From Macrostomum lignano (lineage: Eukaryota): a DNA stretch of 64,000 nt. The notes under the pieces were generated by a model. It was not told where the DNA came from. It did not search any database and worked only from the letters and a program-made list of their open reading frames with translations. Shown here piece by piece: positions 49,925 through 60,450 of the stretch (positions are counted from its first letter, which is position 1; every line of letters starts with the position of its first letter). The position numbers and the translations under genes were made by a program. The stretch is taken from assembly GCA_002269645.1 (NCBI GenBank), contig NIVC01001848.1, forward strand, positions 124,001 to 188,000, given 5' to 3'.

Positions 49925-50462
49925 CTCTCTTCTCTTCCCGGATCTCTCTTCTCTCCCCTCTGATCCCGGATCTCCCTTCTCTCCCATCTGATCCCGGATC
50001 TCTCTTCTCTCCCATCTGATCCCGGATCTCCCTTCCCTCCCATCTGATCCCGGATTTCCCATCTGATCCCGGATCTCCCATCTGATCCCGGATCTCCTAT
50101 CTGATCACGGATCTCCCATCCGATCACGGATCTTCCATCTGATCACAGATCTCCCATCTGATCCCGGATCTTCCATCCGATCCCGGATCTCTCTTCTCTC
50201 CCCTCTGATCCCGGATCTCCCTTCTCTCTCATCTGATCCCGGATCTCACATCTGATCCCGGATCTCTCTTCTCTCCCATCTGATCCCGGATCTCCCTTCC
50301 CTCCCATCTGATCCCGGATCTCTCTTCTCTCCCATCTGATCCCGGATCTCCCTTCCCTCCTATCTGATCCCAGATCTCTCATCTGATCCCTGATCTCCTA
50401 TCTGATCACAGATCTCCCATCTGATCCCGGATCTTCCATCCGATCCCGGATCTCTCTTCTCT
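49925..50462. repeat. Modular repeat: constant catctgatcccggatctc core with variable CT-rich spacers
   Basis: About 22 cores separated by 0-13-bp pyrimidine spacers. Confidence 0.9.
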
Positions 50463-50916
50463 CCTGTCTCTTCCGATCGAACAGAACTTTTTTACCTGTG
50501 CCTTCAGTTGATGCTGAACAAGAAAGCACTGCGGCAAAGACGCGGGCAGAGTCGCAAGCCCGATTCCCCGTGTGCATTCCCCATTCCAATTAATTTGTGC
50601 ACACTGGTTGTCTAAGGCATAAAAAGGGATTGAATCCAATCTAATTAATTCAGCTGGGGACCCATCTTGAATCAGGCTCCCACCTGCATCTGATTCTGTG
50701 ACACTTCACGCTAGCAATGTTGTTTTTTGGAAGCAGAGCTGATCCGAAATTGCGTTGCTAACGAAATATTTGCCGATCAACTGAGCGCTACCGTTCTATT
50801 ATTCAAAATATCTAAATATACAGTAATATTATACTACTAGATAGTGTAGGTGCAGTAGTAGAAAAGCGTACGTGCATACGATCGTAATTTATTAAGTTAT
50901 GCTCGATAGGGATATA

Positions 50917-51175
50917 GAAGGGGATGTGAACTTAAGGCTCCAGAGGTCGGGTTAACCTCCGCTTCGTCGAGGTCGAAATCGTCTGCCTAAAATTCGTGAT
51001 ACGAACCCCCTTCTTGACGCTAGTTATGTCCCCATCAAGGCGGGGAAACACAATGAGAGCTGGGGTGGGGGATAGCATAAACATTTTGAGCATTTGAAGC
51101 TCCAAATCAGCCGTGGAGAAATCGGGACCCCATGATTCAGGCTCCATTCTGCAGTCTTAAGTTCACATCCTCTTT
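50917..51175. mobile_element. ~260-bp MITE with ~25-bp TIRs (TA- or TTAA-type target; Tc1/mariner- or Kolobok-like)
   Basis: Left gaaggggatgtgaacttaaggctccag versus right-end reverse complement aaagaggatgtgaacttaagactgcag. TA lies at 50915-50916 and 51176-51177. Confidence 0.7.
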
Positions 51176-51243
51176 TAAAAAGCCTCTATAAAACTCAAAT
51201 CGAAGACTTCTCTGTATTTTTCCTGCAACACTTCAGCCAGGCC

Positions 51244-54200
51244 ATGGCCTCCGCAGTCTTCGGCGAGCAAGTGGACAGTCGCCGCCGGCTCCCGGTGCGG
51301 CCGATCCTCATCAGCGCTCCCTCTCAGCCAGCCGAAGGCGAGGAGCCGTCGCAGCCACCGCAGCCGTCGCAGCTGCTGCAGCGTCAGCACCGCCAGTCGA
51401 TGTCCCAGGAGGCGCTGAAAATGGACGACTTCGACCTCTACTGCCGCATCGCCAACAGCCCGGCCAGCATGGGCAACAGCAGCCCGCTGCACAGCCCGGC
51501 TGGCTCGGCCATTGCCAAGGTGGACGAGTGGATTCGCAGCCTGGCCGGCCACGAGCTGGAGGCGCCTGACTTGTCCGGCCCCGGCCAGCAGCAGCCGCAG
51601 CAGCAGGGGGGCTTCCTGCGCGTGGAGCAGCCCGGCGGTTGCCGCATCAACAGGTACCGGTCCAAGTCGCACCGGCTGCGCCGGGAGCGCCACACGATGC
51701 TGCCAGCCTCGTCTGCAGCTGCCGCAGTTGCCCCGGCGGCCAGCCTAGGCGACAGCCTTCGCCGGCCGCGGCTGGGCAGCGCGGGGGGCGCAGAGGCCGC
51801 AGCAGCGGGCGCAGCAGCGACGGCGCCTGAGCCTCCGACGGAGACCCTGGTCCGGGTGCGCAGCTTCAGGCGGACCAAGCGCGGCCTGGTGAACCAAGGT
51901 GAGAAAGTGAAATGAATGTGACAGGGATATGATGGGGATATGACAGGGATATGATAGGGATATGATAGGGATATGATAGGGAGATGATAGGGATATGATA
52001 GGGATATGATAGGGATATGATAGGGAGATGATAGGGATATGATAGGGATATGATAGGGATATGATAGGGATATGATGGGGATATGACAGGGATATGATAG
52101 GGATATGATAGGGATATGATAGGGATATGATAGGATATGATGGGGATGTGATGGGATATGATAGGGATATGATAGGGATATGATAGGGATATGATGGGAT
52201 ATGATAGGGATATGATAGGGATGTGATGGGATATGATAGGGATAGGATGGGATATGATAGGGATATGATAGGGATATGATAGGGATATGATGGGATGTGA
52301 TGGGATATGATAGGGATATGATGGGATATGATGGGGATAGAATGGGATATGATAGGGATAGGATGGGATATGATAGGGATATGATGGGATATGATAGGGA
52401 TATGATGGGATATGATAGGGATATGATGGGATATGATAGGGATATGATGGGATATGATAGGGATATGATGGGATATGATAGGGATATGATGGGATATGAT
52501 GGGGATAGAATGGGATATGATAGGGATAGGATGGGATATGATAGGGATATGATGGGATATGATAGGGATATGCGGGCACGGGTTGTCCGCACTGGCTTAC
52601 GTGTGGAGTGGAAAAAAGACTTACCATTAAAAGTGCACATGAACTCCTGTCAATCCGAAGGCGACGCCACGGCCGTCGTCAAGGGCGCCCGCAGCAGCTG
52701 CAGCCTGCACAGTTCGGCTGCCAGCAGCGACCCGGAGCTCCGGCTGCATCAGCAGCAGCAGCAGCAGCAGCAGCAGCAATTTCTGCAACCAATCGATCCT
52801 CGTTTTATCGGACGGCGGCCCAGCTCAGCTGACCGAGATCACCGGTCCGCCTCGCCGCTGCCGCCACTGCCGCCCACCGGCCCGTCGCCTTCGCACGGGC
52901 CCGGCGGCTGCACGCGGCTCTGCCGGCGCTCCTGCCGGGTGCAGGTGGTCGGCGCGCCGCGCGTCGGCAAAACGTCGCTGTGCGCGCAGTTTCTGTCATC
53001 TGAGAGTCACGCGCTGAATGCGGCGGGTGAGCTGGCGGGTGGGGGGATCTGAAGGCCTCCTTCGCAACCTGGTCAGAAACAAAAACTTCATAACCCGAAA
53101 CCTAATATGAACCCGAAACCTAATATGAACCCGAAACCTAATATGAACCCGAAGCCTAATATGAACCCTAAACCGAACAAAAACCCGAAACCGAAAAAAA
53201 ACCCGAAACCTAATTTGAACCCGAAACCTAATATGAAGCCAAAACCTGATGTGAACCCGAAACCTAATAATAACCCGAAACCTAATAAGAACCCGAAACC
53301 TAACATGAACCCGAAACCTAATAATAACCCGAAACCTAATATGAACCCGAAACCTAATAAGAACCCGAAACATCGATATAGGGATAAACATCGTTACTAA
53401 ACCAAGTAAAAACTTAAAGTATAGCTTTAGAGCTTCAAAGCTACAGCTTCAAAGAAAAATGTTTTATAGAAACATTTATAAAATCATTGAAAGCATTCTC
53501 ATTGGCTACTAACAGTAGAATTGTGAGTTTTTGCTTTCGCCTCTTTTCGCAGCCGATATGCATTAATTTTTCTAATAAACCCACAGAAGATGAGCACGCT
53601 GACGTTACGGACGGCGAATCCAAAGAGCGCTACGTTACGGTGCTGCTGGACGGCGACGAGTATCACGTGACTTTCCTGGACACCGAGGGCCCAGAACTGG
53701 TAATGTACATTCCAGTACTAGTGACTTAGAGTTAAAGTACTTTACAATACCGATGCACTATGGCCTACCATGATTTTGTAGGGCGTGTACATCCTGGACG
53801 TTGACGCGTACATGGTAGTCTTTGCCATAGACAATAGACGCTCCTTCAACGCGGCCAAGCAAGTGCTGAACGAGCTGGTCAGCGAGGCTCGCAAAGCCTC
53901 CGCTCTGATTCTGGTGGCTAATAAAGCCGACCTGGTCAGGAACAAAGAGGTCACGCACGAAGGTGAGTGGTAGAGCTTGTTGATTCAGAAATAATCTTAT
54001 ATTCTTTACAAACACTCAAGACTAGTCTCTAAACTGACTCAGGACACCCACCTCACTCCAGACGCCCACCTCACTCCAGACACCCACCTCACTCCAGACA
54101 CCCACCTCACTCCAGACACCCACCTCACTCCAGACACCCACCTCACTCCAGACACCCACCTCACTCCAGACACCCACCTCACTCCAGACACCCACCTCAC

Positions 54201-54577
54201 TCCAGACACCCACCTCACTCTATACAACCACCTCACTCCAGACGCCCACCTCAAAATCAAAGATAAAACTCACCCACTATTTGCATCCAACAGAGGCCAA
54301 GAACTTGGCCGCAGTTTACGGCGCAATGTTCATGGAGGTGTCAACGGCGCTGCACCACCAGGTGGACGAGCTGTTGGTCGGCACGCTGAGCCAGGTTCAA
54401 GCCCGGCAGCGCCGTATGCAGAAGGAGAAAGAGAAGCTGCTCTGCTTGGAGCGGGATGGCGGCCGGGGACTGCGGGCCTCCCTAAGGCTGCGCTCGCCAA
54501 GGCGCATGGTTGGCGCCTTCATCAAGAAGCACTTCTCATCTAGGTCGTGCGAGAACCTCGACAAGGAGACCGCTTAA
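51244..54577 (+). CDS. Rgk: RGK-family (Rad/Rem/Gem-Kir-like) small GTPase with a long low-complexity N-terminus, 5 exons, ~532 aa
   Basis: Exons 51244-51898, 52661-53026, 53587-53699, 53782-53962 and 54294-54577 (1599 nt, phases 1,1,0,1, all GT-AG). Motifs: VRVRSFRRTKRGLVNQGD, P-loop GAPRVGKT, ILVANKADLVR (G4), EVSTALHHQVDELL (G5), and a basic C-terminal extension ending SRSCENL. Confidence 0.9.
51915..52572. repeat. 11-bp (atatgataggg) array grading into a 21-bp dimer (atatgatgggatatgataggg), RGK intron 1
   Basis: Read directly from the sequence; the 7-aa MMGYDRD periodicity lies in the 3' half. Confidence 0.93.
53091..53372. repeat. 18-bp minisatellite (aacccgaaacctaatatg), ~15 copies, RGK intron 2
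   Basis: MNPKPN periodicity in the ORF track. Confidence 0.92.
54044..54253. repeat. 18-bp minisatellite (cacccacctcactccaga), ~11 copies, RGK intron 4
   Basis: Tandem units read directly from the sequence. Confidence 0.93.
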
Positions 54578-54778
54578 ATTAATTGGCAATTTTTCTAATT
54601 CAAAGCTTGTCGCTAAATAGACTTGATCATTGAATTAATATAATTAAAGTGCTTAACACGCTGATTTTACTGTACAAAAATGTATGACTGTGTGACTCAC
54701 AGTGACTGTAGATACTAAGAAACTTGTGCAAGGCAAGCAACCTAATACATTTTATCGATTTAAACTTGCCATGCCATC

Positions 54779-55212
54779 CATTTCTAGCCCAAACCAAAAC
54801 GGGAAACAGTGTACATTTCCAGCCCAAACCGAGACAAGAAACAGTGTACATTTCTAGCCCAAACCGAGACGGGAAACAGTGTACATTTCTAGCCCAAACC
54901 GAGACAAGAAACAGTGTACATTTCTAGCCCAAACCGAGACGGGAAACAGTGTACATTTCTAGCCCAAACCGAGACAAGAAACAGTGTACATTTCTAGCCC
55001 AAACCGAGACGGGAAACAGTGTACATTTCTAGCCCAAACCGAGACGAGAAACAGTGTACATTTCTAGCCCAAACCGAGACGGGAAACAGTGTACATTTCT
55101 AGCCCAAACAGAGACGGGAAACAGTGTACATTTCTTAGCCCAAACAGAGACGGGAAACAGTGTACATTTCTAGCCCAAACAGAGACGGGAAACAGTGTAG
55201 ATTTCTAGCCCA
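54779..55212. repeat. 35-bp minisatellite (tacatttctagcccaaaccgagacgggaaacagtg), ~12 copies, 3' of RGK
   Basis: Alternating gacggg/gacaag variants in the first 7 units. Confidence 0.93.
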
Positions 55213-55511
55213 TATTTCCATATTTAGTTCGTGCACATTTCAATCGCATTCAATTTTTTCAAAAGATCTTTAACCTAAAAATTATTCCTTAATAATAATG
55301 ATAACGGTTAGTAACCTTCTCTAACAAAATATTCTGTATTTGCTGATCTCACTAAACGGATGAACTGCAGAAATTTGCTTTACAACTTTGGCTGTTTTTA
55401 ATAATATTCCATAGTTCGATAACAATATGATACTGATTGCACCAGAGGCTACCTTTTCTAATGATGCGATTATTTGTGCTTGACAAAATGTTTTAGTTTA
55501 CGTATTAAATA

Positions 55512-55550
55512 CAAGGACTTCTAGACTAACTTCTAGTCTAGAAGTCCTTG
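55512..55550. mobile_element. 39-bp minimal hAT-like element (17-bp perfect TIRs, 5-bp spacer, 8-bp TSD)
   Basis: attaaata|caaggacttctagacta-acttc-tagtctagaagtccttg|attaaata. Confidence 0.75.
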
Positions 55551-56497
55551 ATTAAATATTAAGTAAAGAAGTAAAGCTATTGTGAAAATTCTACCGTTCG
55601 TATTATATTGCGCACTGTAAATATTCAATTTTGTTGTGTTTCTATTGTCCTTGTTTATTCAGAAAAGCAAGACAGTTTTTTGCAAAAATAAAAACCCGGA
55701 ACATTTTTAACTATTTGCATTGTCTGCTGATTTTTCGAAATTAAAAGCTTCTTCAAATGCCTTTAAACTGCCCCAAATTGCTCCAAATTATATTAGCGCA
55801 GGGCAGTCGGGCCGCACATCTCTTCCTCCAAATTGCAATTTCATCGACCTTGCTCTCGTGAGCCATCTTTTTTTGGCAATCACTTTTTAATCCACTTTCT
55901 GTTCTCAGGGCTTTGTCTTCCGGCTTTGTTTCCCCGAGAATCACGAGCCCTCCGCGAACAATAGATCCGTGGGTGGGGGTTGCCGAGCCAACTGGTATCC
56001 AAACCTTTCATTTGATGCTTTTTGTAGCCTAGTCGCTGTTTTGCCTTGGCGTCTTGGTGACCGTTTCGTCTGCAGCCTCTCCCAGCCAGCCTAGGCCGGA
56101 TCGGGTTGGTGTAAGAGATTTTTGTGGAGTCGAAAGTGCCTTATTGTAGCTCTGGAATGGTTCGATTGAATCTGTTTGCTAAGGCTGGGGCCACAGGCAG
56201 ATGCTAATCTCCTGCTTCTCAGTGTCCCCGCTGCTGTGGAGGAGGAAAGCGAAAAATCCCGTCCGGAAATATCCCATCTCTCACAGTCGGGAGCTCAATG
56301 CAGATATTGCAATCCGCTCCCACTGGCTGACTATCCCTGTGTCAGGGACATTTTCAGCTGTCCGTGACATTTTCATTCGGATTCCGCTGCCGCTGATCTG
56401 GGAACTGGATATAGATCAGGGCTGAGTGTTTGCCGAACAAATTACATGCTGTGCTCAATGTATGCTGCTGAGTCTGCAATATGAATGCGGAATTTGC

Positions 56498-57401
56498 CAG
56501 TCAGTCAGTCAGTCAGTCAGTCAGTCAGTCAGTCAGTCAGTCAGTCAGTCAGTCAGTCAGTCAGTCAGTCAGTCAGTCAGTCAGTCAGTCAGTCAGTCAG
56601 TCAGTCAGTCAGTCAGTCAGTCAGTCAGTCAGTCAGTCAGTCAGTCAGTCAGTCAGTCAGTCAGTCAGTCAGTCAGTCAGTCAGTCAGTCAGTCAGTCAG
56701 TCAGTCAGTCAGTCAGTCAGTCAGTCAGTCAGTCAGTCAGTCAGTCAGTCAGTCAGTCAGTCAGTCAGTCAGTCAGTCAGTCAGTCAGTCAGTCAGTCAG
56801 TCAGTCAGTCAGTCAGTCAGTCAGTCAGTCAGTCAGTCAGTCAGTCAGTCAGTCAGTCAGTCAGTCAGTCAGTCAGTCAGTCAGTCAGTCAGTCAGTCAG
56901 TCAGTCAGTCAGTCAGTCAGTCAGTCAGTCAGTCAGTCAGTCAGTCAGTCAGTCAGTCAGTCAGTCAGTCAGTCAGTCAGTCAGTCAGTCAGTCAGTCAG
57001 TCAGTCAGTCAGTCAGTCAGTCAGTCAGTCAGTCAGTCAGTCAGTCAGTCAGTCAGTCAGTCAGTCAGTCAGTCAGTCAGTCAGTCAGTCAGTCAGTCAG
57101 TCAGTCAGTCAGTCAGTCAGTCAGTCAGTCAGTCAGTCAGTCAGTCAGTCAGTCAGTCAGTCAGTCAGTCAGTCAGTCAGTCAGTCAGTCAGTCAGTCAG
57201 TCAGTCAGTCAGTCAGTCAGTCAGTCAGTCAGTCAGTCAGTCAGTCAGTCAGTCAGTCAGTCAGTCAGTCAGTCAGTCAGTCAGTCAGTCAGTCAGTCAG
57301 TCAGTCAGTCAGTCAGTCAGTCAGTCAGTCAGTCAGTCAGTCAGTCAGTCAGTCAGTCAGTCAGTCAGTCAGTCAGTCAGTCAGTCAGTCAGTCAGTCAG
57401 T
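56498..57401. repeat. Pure (CAGT)n microsatellite, ~226 copies
   Basis: No visible interruptions over ~904 bp. Confidence 0.97.
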
Positions 57402-58562
57402 TTGAGTATTTAAGCAGTATTTGCTTACAGTAAATTTAACTACCATCTGCGCACCCAAAGTTTGCCCACAATTCATTAGTTGTACTTATTTAGCTGGGCT
57501 CAATCTGTTTATTTCTGTCCTCTGGGTTTAGTCCCGCTCTCTCAGTGTCTCTGCCTCAAATCAATACAGTCCCGTGGCAAGCAAGCGCGGAGCTGACAAG
57601 CTGAGCACAGCTGAGCTGAGGTCTCGCCAACTCGCCTAAAGCAGCTGAGTCGTGATTAGGTAGTGCGAGGCGCGCACATTACAGAAAGGGCCATTAGCGG
57701 TCTCGGGTTTCCTTGCGGCTGATGGGATTGGGATTTTAACAGCTCCAAAAGCAGCAACAATCAACCATTTTCCAGACTCAGAGCCGGCCTGCTAGCTCTC
57801 TGGAAACAAGAAGCTATTTTCTCTCCTGCATTCTTTCTTTTAAAGACAACGCCAGGAAACTGCTGCAGCAGCAGCAGTAGCAATAGAAGCAGCAGTGCGA
57901 AAGGTTTCCAGCCAGAAGCAGAGAGTCAGGCAAGCGGAGAGCAGTTGGATACAGAATTTAGCCAGCTTCCTGACTGCATGTTTCAGTCTGTATAGTGAAA
58001 CTGCCGGCTTGAGTGGTCATGCATGACACTGGGATGAGGACTCGACCCCCTGTAGAACTACTTTATCCTCAGTCGGCACGTGTAACGAGCTCTGTCGTCG
58101 GGAAGAGTTCCTCAAAAACTGGTCTTACTATCACTCCCCGCTTCCCGGCTACCCTGCATCGACTATGCAGGTCCAACCTTCCTTCTCTCTTTCTCCTCTT
58201 TCAATAGCTCCTCACCCTTCCGTCCGTCTTCTGCTGTGCGCCCAGTCCCTTCCAAACTGCCGCACGCTCTTCATCGGGAAAATTCTATTTTTCACCGCGT
58301 TTCCCGAACGGCGTCTGGTTTGCCTGGCTGGGAGGGGGGCGGCGGTGGGGAGAGGACTGCCGGGGCAAGGTACTTGCAAAAGGCCGAGGTCCGGATCGCG
58401 TATTTTGAGCAAGGCGGTCTAGCGACAAATACCAGAAACTTTTCTGTCTGAGCAGAGGAAATTGGAAAGCAATCAGCGCTACTGAGCACCTTTGAAATTC
58501 AGCAGTGGGAGCAGAAGCAGCAGCAGTAGAAGCAGAAGAAGAAGCAGGAGCAGAAGACCCAA

Positions 58563-59813
58563 ATGCTTCGAATACCCCGGATAAACCGAGTGGTGCCGCG
58601 GCCGGTTGTCCGCTTCGTCTGCCTGCTGGCCGCCGCCGCCGCCGTCCGCCTGCTGCTGGTCGATCGGCTGCCCTGGGCGAAGCTGTTGCCACTGCCGCCA
58701 GAGTCGGGCCAAACGCAGCAGCAGCTGTTGAATCTGTCGACGAAGTCATCCCTGCCGCAGTCAACGCAGCAGCGTCAGCAGCTTGAGCCGCTGCCCCGCC
58801 TGATCCACGTGACGGCGCACAACGAGATGCTCCGCGTCGAGTACCGGCCGGTGCTGCGCCAGTGGATGCTCGCCCAGCCCGAGCTGCAGCTCCGGCTCTG
58901 GCGCGACGTCGACGCTGACTGCCTCCTTCGGCTGAGCTACCCGGATCTGCTCAGCGGCTACCGGACCAGCCTGCAGACTCCGCTGGAGCGCTCCGACCTG
59001 ATTCGCATCTTGGCCCTGCACAGCATGGGCGGCATGTACCTGGACCTGGACACCGAGCCAGTGAGGAACATCAGCCACCTGTTCAGCAGCCCGCTGGCCG
59101 GCGCCATGATCGCCCTGGAGCCCGAGGAGCACGCCGTGCTGCTGTACAACCGGCCCAGCCTGCTGTCAAACGCGGTGATGCTGTCAGCGCCGAGGCATCC
59201 GTTTTATCTGTTCTACGCGGGACACATATTTGACAATTTGAGCAAGCAGCAGCAGCTGCAGCAGGGGCGGCGGCGGCTGGTGAGGCGTCTCAGGCGGAGG
59301 AACAATTACGCGGCGCCGCAGATCACTGGCCCGCTGGTGCTGCAGTCTGCCTACGAGGCCTACGCGGCCAGGGAGCACTGCAAGGCCGACGAGGATCCGC
59401 AGCGCTGCCAGGTGTACCTGTTCGAGCCGGAGGTGTTCAGCCCGCGCTTCGACCTCAGCCAGCGGTCCAACTTCCGGAAGACCTGTATGCGCTGGCGTCG
59501 GCGCCTTCAACAGCAGCGGCGACGGCGCCAGCAGGTGACCAGCAGCGCCATGGACGAGCGCAAAACCGCCGTGTGCAAACGGCTGGCCGCTCGCGGCTTC
59601 ACAGTCGGCTCCAACTCGAATGCCACTCTGGCTGTGCACCTGTTCCGCCACCTGACAACCTCAGGCGGTGGTGGCAAGCAGTCTCGGGGTCGGCTGAAGA
59701 AGCCGAAGCCGCCGGCTCGCCAGCAGGAGACGGTGTTCAACGCCACCGTCGAGTTTCCCCGGATGCTGATGCTCGCCCGCGAGCTGGGGTCCAAGTGCCG
59801 CGGGCCGGCGTAG
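58563..59813 (+). CDS. Intronless GT32-type (DXD sugar-binding, OCH1/SUR1-like) glycosyltransferase, type II membrane protein, 416 aa
   Basis: N-terminal hydrophobic anchor (FVCLLAAAAAVRLLLV) and motifs PRLIH, LW.D.D, ERSDLIRILALHSMGGMYLDLD, ALEPEEH, LSNAVMLSAPRHPF and TGPLVL. An in-frame stop at 58527-58529 fixes the start. GC-rich codon usage resembles the other exons. Confidence 0.88.
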   Translation: MLRIPRINRVVPRPVVRFVCLLAAAAAVRLLLVDRLPWAKLLPLPPESGQTQQQLLNLSTKSSLPQSTQQRQQLEPLPRLIHVTAHNEMLRVEYRPVLRQWMLAQPELQLRLWRDVDADCLLRLSYPDLLSGYRTSLQTPLERSDLIRILALHSMGGMYLDLDTEPVRNISHLFSSPLAGAMIALEPEEHAVLLYNRPSLLSNAVMLSAPRHPFYLFYAGHIFDNLSKQQQLQQGRRRLVRRLRRRNNYAAPQITGPLVLQSAYEAYAAREHCKADEDPQRCQVYLFEPEVFSPRFDLSQRSNFRKTCMRWRRRLQQQRRRRQQVTSSAMDERKTAVCKRLAARGFTVGSNSNATLAVHLFRHLTTSGGGGKQSRGRLKKPKPPARQQETVFNATVEFPRMLMLARELGSKCRGPA

Positions 59814-59949
59814 CGGTGACTGGAAAGGATTTTCGAATCCCCTCGGGCCAGTGTGGCCCGGTTCGTATTGTAAGCGGCCGCAACACGCGACAGTCCCTGC
59901 GATTAAATCTAGATAGAAACTCCTCACAGATAATCTGCATATGCTTTCC

Positions 59950-60450
59950 ATCCCTACCTCTTTCTAGCTCTAATCTATCTCTAATCTATCTCTTATCTAT
60001 CTCTAATCTATCTCTAATCTATCTCTAATCTATCTCTTATCTATCTCTTATCTATCTCTCATCTATCTCTCATCTATCTCTCATTCATCTCTCATCTATC
60101 TCTCATTCATCTCTCATCTATCTCTCATTCATCTCTTATCTATCTCTTATTAATCTCTCATCTGTCTCATCCATTTCTAATTTATCTCTAATCTATGTTT
60201 TCTATCCCTGTCTTTTTTCTAGCTCTCATCCTCATCTTTTATCTCATCTCTTATCACCATCATCCATCTCTCTATCTATCTCTCATCTATCTCTGATCCA
60301 TCTCTGTCACCTGTCTCTCATCTATCTCTCATCTATCTCTCATTCATCTCTCATCTATCTCTAACCTATCTCTAATATCTCTCTTTTCTATCTCTCCTCT
60401 ATCTCAGTTACCTTATCCATCTCTTATCTACAGTGTATCTCTCATCCATC
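59950..60450. repeat. Degenerate (ATCT)/CT-rich low-complexity repeat
   Basis: atctatctcta/atctatctctc units. Confidence 0.85.

Noticed and set aside
49925-50462. CRISPR-like repeat-spacer appearance
   Set aside because: Spacers are short, low-complexity and recurrent rather than unique. There are no cas genes and the context is eukaryotic.
52297-52660. In-frame (MMGYDRD)n N-terminal extension of RGK exon 2
   Set aside because: It lies in an intron with a good acceptor at 52660, and the conserved NQG|D motif is completed only by splicing from 51898. The open frame follows from the 21-bp period.
3743-59813. Functional cluster of membrane-lipid/ER genes (flippase subunit, UBAC2, glycosyltransferase), all on the + strand
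   Set aside because: The genes are 8-35 kb apart with unrelated families between them. Four co-oriented genes is weak evidence, and there is no sign of operon-like spacing.
51175-59951. Antisense and alternative-frame ORFs overlapping RGK exon 1, the GT32 gene and UBAC2
   Set aside because: These are typical shadow ORFs of GC-rich coding sequence with no recognisable motifs.
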